From: Convolutriloba macropyga
Lineage: Eukaryota
Assembly: GCF_964194025.1 (NCBI RefSeq)
Contig: NC_134480.1
Location: forward strand, 9,300,001 to 9,364,000
Length of the DNA: 64,000 nucleotides
Direction of reading: 5' to 3'
The translations under genes and the position numbers were made by a program. Positions 54,001 through 64,000 of the stretch are shown piece after piece (position 1 is the first letter of the stretch; every line of letters begins with the position of its first letter). Under the pieces are notes generated by a model. That model was not told the origin of the DNA and did not search any database. It saw only the letters and a list, made by a program, of their open reading frames with translations.

Positions 54001-57000
54001 TGATTCATCACTTCCATATGTGTCATGTGCGCCATTTTTTTTTAGAAGCAAGCGTCATTTTCGAACAATCTGCAAGACACAAATTTTTCAATCAGATTTA
54101 AACATTAGCTCGTCCGAATAACTTCATTTTATATGTTTACAGCCCACTCTTGGCGTCCAATCTGAACGCTATGTTTCCCTCTCATTACTCTCTAAGTCTG
54201 ACTTGTTACACTTAGCAGAGAGTATTTTAACATGAAGAGAAAACAATATAAAGCAATTCACTTCAGTATCCACAAACTTTCCGTTATTGCAAGGTTTCGA
54301 ATAGACTTAGTTCACACATGTTCATCTCAAGTACCGAAAAAATTTTTTTCATAGATCTAATTTGGTTTTTACAAATTAGAAATAAGCAAATAAATGGATT
54401 CTCATAACAACTATAGAAAGATCATGAAAAAAATCTAATCTTTTTGTTCAGATCAAAACTTATTGTACAACCTAGTGTTGTTGTATAAGAACTAAAATTG
54501 ATATTGGTTTTTATTTTTTTACAATTTCTTGAAAAGTTTTACTTAAAACAACAGAACTGTCCCATTTAGTAAAAAAAATTGAATATGCAAATTTTTCTAT
54601 CAAAAACTCAAGTAAGAAGACTACAAAACAAACCATTTTTTTAATTTATTGTCAGAGTTACACATCAACATGTACAAAATGCTCTTCGTTTTTAATTCTG
54701 TCAAAAAATTTATGAAACAGTACGAAAATCTATCTCAGTGCATATCTCAGTGAACCAGTAACTCATAATTCATCGCTAAAATGTGTGCTGTTTTTTGTTA
54801 TTACGAAGACTAAAAGTGCTGGGGGAGTAAGAGTACAGTTTGGAAAATTACTTCCTAACATTTTTTGATTCCCAATTTTGTAAAGTAACCTTGGTTTTCG
54901 TATGAAATATTTCTTTCTTTGGTTATTTTTTAAATATGTTATTTGCTATTCATATAATACCATCATTTTTCTTTTAATTGCATTGATTTGCTAGAGTTTA
55001 GTATATATAGATGTAAAAAAAATCACACAGCAAAAAATGCTCTCTTCCCTCAATGCAACATCACCTCTGTACATAATCTTTAAGGGCCTACGGCCTTTGT
55101 AATAAAACCTTTCTCTCATCCCAACACGTCGAAAAAAGTATTTTACCGGGATGAATAACAGTCTTCTCTGGAGGAAAAAGTAGTCTTTGTAGATTTATCC
55201 AGGACCATCCGATACCGGAAAATTACATCCATATATTTCAACAACTGTTAGGGAAGAACTCTATTAATAAATCTCAGTGTAATATTCTTGAGGAGAGCAC
55301 AAGCTTTGTTTGTAACCGTCGCAAATGGCCATTTTTGAGTTTTCTCTCTCTTGTGCACGCGTCTCTACCAGATCCATCATTTCAACTCAGTCTTGAAATG
55401 TGACCGAGAGCCCTTTTGATCAGAGTAACCTTTAAATTTTTTTAAAGAACGTGTGGTTCTCATGAGCTTAAAACTATTGATATTCATCTTTTTCTGAATT
55501 TCGCTGAATCCAGGAGCAAAATTCACTTTGGCAGGGCAGTCCAAAGCTCAAAGCTCAAAGTTCAAAGCTCCTGAGATAATTGCTAGGTAAATTTGTCTAG
55601 CTCATCCAATTCTAGGTCTTCTTTAAGCTTTTCACTCATTGTGGCCCAACTTTTCTATGTTCCATGCTTTCTATTTTTATGCTATCAAAGAGAATGAAAA
55701 CACCGGAAATCCTCCAAACACACAGCACACATAGTACAGGCTGAACATCTTTCGGGGAATGATAGTTGGCGAGCTGATAATTCAAGTCTTCTTTCTTTTT
55801 GTAGAAAAATTAGGACATTTGAGACAAGATATAACCCTATTATCGCAAGAGTTTTTCTATCAAATTGTCCAAACTTTTCTTGATGATCCATGCCTTTGCA
55901 GATGAAGAGAATAAAAACACGCAAAATCGTCCAAGCACAAAGTACACATAGTACCAGGCTTCACATTTTTCGTAGAAGGAGGCTTGAGGAAACGACAATT
56001 CGAGTTTTCTTTCTTTTTTGTAGAAACTTTGGGACATTTGGGTTAAGATAAAGTCCCATTGCCGCAAGAGTGTTTGTGTTGAGCCATATGCTTCATGCAA
56101 ACTTTTTCTTTGCGCCCTGTTTGTTTCACTGCGATATTTCTATCAAGTTCAGTCATTGTTTATTTTAGTGGACATGAAGTTGAGTAAAATTCAGGTAAAT
56201 TGCGGAGTAACTGAATCTGAAAACAACAGAAACAAAGATTAAAAAAGATTTGTCTTTTTGAGGAACTTGGCCCTGAGTCATTACTTGCATATATGGCAAT
56301 GACGTCATTTTTTATTTTAGGAAACAAGCGTCATGATCGAACGCTCTGCAGAACAGAAACTATGCAATCAGATTACATCATTATTTCACGTAGCTCTTCG
56401 GATTTCATTTCCTTTTATATGTTCAGAGTCATCCTTTGGCGTAAAATTGGAAATTTACGTTTCTTTCGGTTTTTCTCTCAATCATAATTTTTTTTACGTT
56501 TTACGTGAAAATTTCCGTTCCAGCACAGAGGATGTCAACAAGAAAAAAACAACAATCTGAGGCCATTACCGTATCGTTAAAGTTAGGCTTCCAAGCACCA
56601 AGCTCCTGATGTAATTGATTTTTGATTTTGTCTAGTTCCTCCGATTCTAGGACTTCTTTGAGATTTTCACTTAATTTGTCCCAGCTTTTGTCGATGTTCC
56701 ATGCTTTCTCCTCATATGCTGTTGAAGAAATTGGAAACACGGGAAATTTTCCAAGCAAACAGTACAGATAGTAAAAGGCTTAATATCGTTCGAGGAATGA
56801 CTCTAGGCAAAATGACAATTCAAGTCTTCTTTCTTCTTTGTAGAAAAGTTAGGACATTTGAGACAAGAGAAAGTTCAAGTTGCATTGTTGCTAGAGTTTT
56901 TATGTCCAGCCATATGCTTCTTGAAAAACCTTATTTGCTTAGTGTTCATCTCACTGATTTATTTCTATCAAGTGCAGGCACTGTTTGTTTTAGTGCAGAA

Positions 57001-59131
57001 AAAGTTGAGTAAAAATCAGATAATTTGCTGAGCAACTGATTCAGAAAATAACAGAAAAAAATTAAAGCAAGCTGATTAGTCATTTTGAGAAACATGGCCA
57101 TGAGTCATTACTTGCGTATACGGCAAGGACGTCATTTTAAATTTTTGAAACAAGCTTAATGATCGAACACTATGCATGACTGGAATTACGCAATCAGATT
57201 TCATCATTATTTCACGTGGTTTTTCCTAATTGTTTTATTTTTAAATGAATGTTCAGAGCCATAAGCTTGCGTAAAATTGGAACTTAATGTTTCCTAGGGT
57301 TTTCCAATTATTCCTATTTGTTGGACTTTCCGTTCCAACACAGAGGAGTTCAACGAGAAAAATACAACAATCTAAAGCAATTGAGTTCAGTCTCCGCAGA
57401 CTTTATGTTTTTCTAGTGTTTTCAATTGAATTAGTGAACACTTGTGTATCTCAAATGCATATAAAGTTTACTGACTAAGGTTCTATTTAAAAATTCAAGT
57501 TTATAGCAAAAAATTTGCATTTATATCAATTAAAGAGAGACCGAGAAAATATTCCCATCTATTATTGAAGAATAATTTTTCATTGTACAACCTAATGTCG
57601 TTTTATTAGAACCGAAAATGATGTTGATTCTTTTTTACAATTTCCGGGACACTTTTATTCTAAACAATAGAATCTTTAGATTTAGTAAAGTATTTAAATA
57701 AGCAATTTTTTTAATCAAAAAATACAAGTATGATGACTACATAACAAAACAGTTTTTTGATTTACCGTCAAAATTACACATCAACGCTTACAAAAGGGCT
57801 CCTCGTATTTAATTATGTCCTAAAGTTTTTGTAACAGTAGAAAAATCTATCTCAGTGCCCTTATATTCCGATTATTCAAACAGTAACAATTACTTCGTCG
57901 CTATACGGTGCGCTGTTTTTTCATTAATATAAAGATTACAATGGTGGGGGAGTAACAATACAATTTGGAAAACAACTTACTAACATTTTTTGATTTTCCA
58001 ATTTTATACATTAACGTTGATTTTTATATGAAATAGTTTTTTCTTTGGTTATTTTACAAGAACGTTATTTCCTTTCTTATAATAATGTCAATGTTTCCAC
58101 CAAAGACTGCTTTAATTGTATATAGTTTAGTATATATAAAGATGTAAAAAAGTCACACAGCATCAATTGATCTCTTCTCTGAATGCAGCATCACTTTTGT
58201 ACATAATTTTCAACGGCCTTTCTGAATAAATATTTCTCTCAATTCAACAAATCGAAAAATGTATTTCGCAGGGCAGAAAAACAGTCCTCTGGAAGAAAGG
58301 AGGAAAAGATAATCACTGTAGATCTCTCCAGGACTATCTGATGCGGGAAACCTACATTCCTGTGTTTCAACAACTGATCAGGAAGAGCTCTGTCAGTACA
58401 TTCCATTGTAATAATCTGGAAGAGAGCACAAGCTACGTTTGTAATCGGGAAAACGGCCATTTTGTGTTTTCCCAATGTTGTGCACGCGTCTCTACCAGAT
58501 CAATTTTCTCAACTCTATCTTGAAATGTGAGCGGCCTTTTTTCGAGCAGAGTAAACTTAAGAGTTTATTTAAGGAATCTGTTGTTGTCATGAGCACAAAA
58601 ATATTGATATTCTTCTTTGTCCACATTTTGCTGAATCCAAGGGCTAAAATCTTTTTGTTGGCGCAGTTGAGCTTGTCAAATATTTCGGTAACTTTCTCAT
58701 TTAATTAATTAGGATCAAATTTGGACAATTGTAATTGAACACTGAATGCCTCCACTTCTCCATTTCCGTATCGTTAAAGAAGAGCTGGCAAGCACTAAGC
58801 TCGTGATGTAATTGCTTGTTGTTTTTATGTTTTTCTCCAATTCCAGGACTTCGTTTAGATTTTCAATCAATCTGTTCCAATTTTTGTCGATATTCCATGC
58901 TTTCTCTTATGCTGTTGAAGAGAACACAAACACGCAAATCCTGCAAGCACAGAGTAAACATATTACTAGGCTTAACGTTTTTGGGGGTCACTCTTCAGTA
59001 TTTAAATTTCAGTTTTGTTTAGTATTAATCGTTTTTGCATGAAAGCTTTCTTTCTTTGGTTAATTTACAATTTTGTCATTTCCTTATTACATAATAACCT
59101 TGTTTTTCCGCTAAAGTTAGCTCTAATTGGC

Positions 59132-59137
<6 letters not shown>

Positions 59138-59185
<48 letters not shown>
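59138..59185. repeat. (TA)n microsatellite inside an array unit
   Basis: Directly visible. Confidence 0.95.
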
Positions 59186-59187
<2 letters not shown>

Positions 59188-62100
59188 TCTACAAAAGTCA
59201 CACAGCAACATTTCCTCTTTTCCCACAATACAACTTCCCTGATGTACATAATCTTGAACGAACTTTTTGTTGAATTCTCCCTCTCATCTCATCACATCGA
59301 GAAGTGTATTTCAGAGTGCACAATAACAGTCTTCTCTGGAGGAGAAGATGATCTTTGTAGATTGCTCCCGGTCCATCTGATCAGTAGAACTTCAAACAAT
59401 TCTTGGGTTTCAATAACTGTTCAGGAAAAAACTTTTTAACTATAACCCGTTGTAATGTTCTGGAAGGGAGCACAACCTAATTTTGTATTTGAAGCAAGTG
59501 GCAAGTCACCAATTTGAGTTTACCTTCTGTTGTGGACGCTTCTCTACGAGATTCATCTTACGCATCTTCATCTTCAGCATACGCTTTCAAGCAGAGTAAC
59601 TTGAAAATTTTTTTCCAAAGAACGGGTTGTTCTCATGAGCATAAAATTATCGATATTTTTTTGTCCACATTTCGCTGAATCCATGAGCCAAACTCTATTT
59701 AGTGGCGCTGCTGAGCTTCTGGAATACCTCATTTAGTTTCTCATTTATCTCAAAGAGATCGAACTTGGACAATTTGAAGTTGAACACTCGATGTCTCCTA
59801 TTCTCTTTTACTGTATCCCTAAAGAAGGGCTTGCAAGCACCAAGCTCCTGATGTAATTGATTTTTGATTTTGTCTAGCTCCTCCGATTCTAGGACTTCTT
59901 TGAGATTTTCACTCAATGTGTCCCAACTTTTGTCGATGTTCCGTGCCTTCTCCTCATATGCTGTTGAAGAAATTGGAAACACGGGAAATTTTCCAAGCAA
60001 ATAGTACAGATTGTACTGGGCTTAACATGTTTCGTGGTATAATGCTTGGCAAAATGACAATTCAAGTCTTCTTTCTTCTCTGTAGAAATGTTCGGACATT
60101 TGAGACAAGAGAAAGTTGAGTTTCCATTGTTGCTAGAATTTTTGTGTCAAGGCATACAAATATGCTTCATGACACACACTTTTTGCATCATGTTCCTTTC
60201 ACTGAAAGATTTCTGTAAACTTCAGGCATTATTTGTTTTAGTGCACAAAAAGTTGGGTAAAATTCAGGTAAATTGCGGAGCAACTGATTCTGAAAATAAC
60301 AAAAAAACGATTAAAGCTGATTTCTCATTTTGAGGAACTTGGCCATGAGTCAATACTTGCATATATGGCAATGACGTCATTTTTAAATTTAGAAACAATC
60401 GTCATGATCAAACTCTCTGCAAAACGGGAATTATGCAATCAGATTACATCAATACTTCACGTAGCTCTTCGAAATTCTTTTCATTTTAAATGTTCAGAGT
60501 CATCCTATGGCGTGAAATTGGAAATTTACGTTTCCTTCGGTTTTTCTCTCAATCATAATTTTTTTTCATTTTACGTGAAATTTTCCGTTCCAGCACTGAA
60601 GATGTCAACACGAAAAATACAACAATCTGAGGCAATTACCGTATCTTTAAAGAAGGGCTTGCAAGCACCAAGATACCGATGTAGTTGATTTTTGATTTTG
60701 TCTAGCTCCTCCGATTCTAGGACTTCTTTGACATTTTCACTCAATGCGTAGCCACTTTTGTCGATGTTCCATGCTTTCTTCTCATATGCTGCTGAAGAGA
60801 TTGGCCACACGGGAAATCTTCCAAGCAAACTGTACAGATACTGCTGGGTTTAACATCTTTCGGGGAATAATGCTTGTCAAAACGACAATTCAAGTCTTTT
60901 TTCTTCTTTGTAGAAAATTTAGGACATTTGAGACAAGAGAAAGATCAGGTTCTATTGTTGCGAGAGTTTTTGTGTCAAGACACACAAATTTGCTTTATGA
61001 CGCGCACTTTTTGCATCATGTTATTTTTACTGAGAGATTTCTATCCAGTGCAGGCATTGTTTGTTTTTGTGCACAAAAAGTTGAGTGAAATTCAGGTAAT
61101 TTGCGGAGCAACTGATTCCGAAAATAACAAAAAAGATTAAAGCAAGCTGATTTGTCATTTTGAGAAACTTGGCCATGAGTTATTACTTGCATATATGGCA
61201 AGGACGTCACTTCCAATTTTAGAAACAAGCGTCATGATCGAACACTCTGCAAGACTGGAATTGTGCAATAAGATTTCATCATTATTTCACATCGCTCTTC
61301 CTAATTATGTTGATTTTAAAAGTTCAGAGCCGTCTTCCGGCGTAAAATTGGAAATTTACCTTTGCTTCGGTATTCTTATCATTCATATTTGTTGAAATTT
61401 ACTTGAAATTTTCTGTTCCATTACAAAGATTTCAAAGAGAAAAATTTAACAATCTAAAGCAATTCAGTTCGGTCTCCACAAACTTTAGGTTTTTCCAGTG
61501 TTTTCAATAGAATTAGTTTACACTTGTGTATCTCAAATAAAGATAAAAATTACTGTTTTAGATTTTATTTGTTTTTGTTGAAATTAAAAAGAAATAAAGA
61601 GCAAAAAAATGTTTTTTTATTTAGACTATGTATAGACGGAGAAAAAATTCCCATCTATTTTTGAAGATCAAAATCTATTGTACAACCTATTGTTGTTGTA
61701 TAAGAAAAGAAACTGATATGTGTTTTTTTTACAGTTTTTCGAACGTTTTTATTTAACATAACAGAATTGTCCGATTTAGTAAATTATTTGATAATGCCAA
61801 TTTTTCTATCAAAAAACTCAAGTAAGAAGACTACAAAACCAACCATTTTTTTAATTGTCGTCAGAGTTACACATCAACACGTGCAAAATGCTTTTTGTTT
61901 TTAATTGTGTCACAGAATATATGAAACAGTACAAAATTCTATCTCATTGCATGATTCAGTGAACCGGTAACTCTTAATTCATCGCTATATTGTGCGCTGT
62001 TTTTCGTTATCACGAAGACTAAAAATGCTGGGGGAGTAAGAGTAGATTTTGGAAAATTACTTCCTAACATTTCTTGAAATCTCAGTTTTGCATAGTAACA

Positions 62101-63288
62101 TTGGTTTTTGTATGAAATAATTCTTTCTTTTCTTTACAAGTATATATCCCCTTCATGTAATACCGTCAATTTTCACTTAATTGCATTGATTTGCTAGAGT
62201 TTAGTATATATAGATGTGCAAAAAAGTAACACTGCAAAATTTGCTCTCCTCCCTCAATGCAATATTACCTCTGTACATGATCTTCATTGGCCTACGGCTC
62301 TTGTGATAAAATCTTTCTCTCATTTCAACACATCGAGAAATGTTTTTTACAGGGCAGATTAACAGTCTTCTCTGAAGGCAAAGATAGTCATTGTAGATTT
62401 CTCCAGGGCCATCTGATACGAGAAAATTAAACCCTTGTGTTTCAACAAATGTCAAGGACGAACTCTATTGATAAATCCTAGTGTAAAATTAGCGCGCTGT
62501 TCTTTTCATTATTACGTAGACCACAAGGCTGGAAGAGTGAGAGCTGGATTTGGAATACGATTATGTAGCATTTATATATCAGACTTTAGTTCCACTATTG
62601 GAACTTTTTCTGAGATCGACTTGAGATTGATCAAGATTCAGAGAAATTGTCAAAACTTGATTTTTCGATGAATTACACAACTCATTCCCTCCGAGTTATC
62701 AATGCTCGGATGTTTATTAGGCTTGTTGGAAAAAAAGTACAAACATTTATCTTTTTTGGGTCATTATTCAGTATTGAATTCCCAGTTTTGTATAGTACTA
62801 AAAATTTTTGTAAGAAATGTTTCCTTCTTTGGTTAATTTACAAGTATGTCATTTCCCTTTTACATCCTAACCTCATTTTTCCGCTAATTTTTGCTCTAAT
62901 TGGCTAAAGTTTTGTATATATAGACGTAGAGAAATCACACAACAACATTTGCTCTCTTCACTCAATACAACATCACCGCTGTACATAATCTTCACAGCAA
63001 GATTTAACAAGATTCGGAGAAATTATCAAAGCTTGATTTTTCGATGAACTACGCAACTCGTTCCATCTGAGTTATCAATGCTCGGATGTTTATTAGGCTT
63101 GTTGGAAAACTCGTACAAAAATTTATCTTTTTTGGTTCAATATTCAGAATTGAATTCCCAGTTTTGTATAGTATTAATCGTTTTTGTATGAAAGCTTTCC
63201 TTCTTTGGTTAATTTAAAAGTTTGTCATTTCCCTTTTACATACCAATCTCACTTTTCCGCTAAAATTTGCTCTAAATCGCTAATATTT

Positions 63289-63290
<2 letters not shown>

Positions 63291-63374
<84 letters not shown>
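63291..63374. repeat. (TA)n microsatellite inside an array unit
   Basis: Directly visible; same position in the unit as the 59138 run. Confidence 0.95.
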
Positions 63375-64000
63375 GACCTACAAAATTAAACAGTAACATT
63401 TGCTCTCTTCCCTCAATACAAAATTACTGCTGTACATATTCTTCAAAGACCTTTGTGTTGAATTCTGCCTGTCATCTCATTACATCGAGAAGTGTATTTC
63501 AGAGTGCAGAATAACAGTCTTCTCTGGAGGAGAAGATAATTTTTTAGATTGCTCCAGGACCATCTGATCAGGAGAACTTTCAATTTTTGGGTTTCCACAA
63601 CTGTTCAAGAAAATACTCTATAAGTATAACCCGTTGTAATATTCTGGAAGAATTCTTTTCAGTTTAATTTTGTATTTGAGGCAAGTTGCCAATTTGAGTT
63701 TGCCTTCTCTTGAGGACGCTTCTCTAAAAGATTCATCTTTTCAACTCTGTTTTGAAGTAAAACCGCATCCGCTTTCGAGCAGAGTAACCTTAAGTGTTTT
63801 TTCCAAAGGACGTGTTGTTCTCATGAGCCTAAAACTATCGATATTTATCTTTGTCCACATTTGGCTGAATCCATGAGACAAATTTACTTCAGAGGCGCAG
63901 TTGAGATTCTCAAACACTTCGTTCAATTTTTTCATTCTTCTCATGGAGATCTTGCTTTGCCAGCTTGAAGTTGAACACTGAATGTCTCCCATTCTCCATT

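Larger units (their letters stand above)
35630..64000 (-). repeat. Macrosatellite of degenerate ~2.2-kb head-to-tail units containing the ZnF/N-terminal ~1 kb of the pPolB gene; runs off the right edge
   Basis: The AHENN-encoding motif (plus strand GTTGTTCTCATGAGC and variants) recurs near 35805, 37700, 39885, 41830, 43215, 44170, 45445, 46400, 47710, 48670, 50765, 51735, 55460, 58585, 59630 and 63820, all in one orientation. The ORF track shows repeated NGRH..FNFKL...EKLNEVF..LNCAAK.NLA.GF and TKW.F..ITNV...MGC.D.VLP..LLK fragments. Confidence 0.93.

Noticed and set aside
63184-63375. ORF ending in (YI)n
   Set aside because: Translation of a (TA)n microsatellite.
36200-64000. The many short ORFs as a functional tandem gene family or zinc-finger cluster
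   Set aside because: Every copy has different stops and frameshifts, the Cys/His ligands are eroded and there is no splice structure. Many plus-strand ORFs are antisense shadows of the polB remnant.
35080-64000. Intact or active Polinton/endogenous virus
   Set aside because: No long ORF, polymerase core, integrase, capsid, ATPase or TIR is recognisable in the window.

Overview
AT-rich eukaryotic (animal, probably invertebrate) genomic DNA in two parts. (1) 1-32.8 kb: the 5' part of an axonemal inner-arm dynein heavy chain gene (DNAH1) on the minus strand. I traced 13 coding exons with consistent splice phases (2730 nt, 910 codons), and the gene runs off the left edge. One intron is GC-AG. 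The introns hold an intact tRNA-Leu(AAG), a disrupted tRNA-Leu(TAG), a ~531-bp tandem repeat carrying copies of the neighbouring splice donor, a ~41-bp satellite, several GG-ended MITEs with 8-9-bp target-site duplications (TSDs) and a decayed CRE-type non-LTR retrotransposon. (2) 33.7-64 kb: a decayed APE+RT LINE fragment, then a >=29-kb head-to-tail array (~2.2-kb unit, 16 recognisable copies of its core motif). The array is built on the 5' end of what I recognise as a Polinton/Maverick-adintovirus protein-primed DNA polymerase B (pPolB) gene with N-terminal C2H2 fingers. Only the terminal copy reads on to the exonuclease I motif (FDFES), and several copies share deletion junctions, giving higher-order repeats. 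Family assignments come from motif recognition, not database searches.
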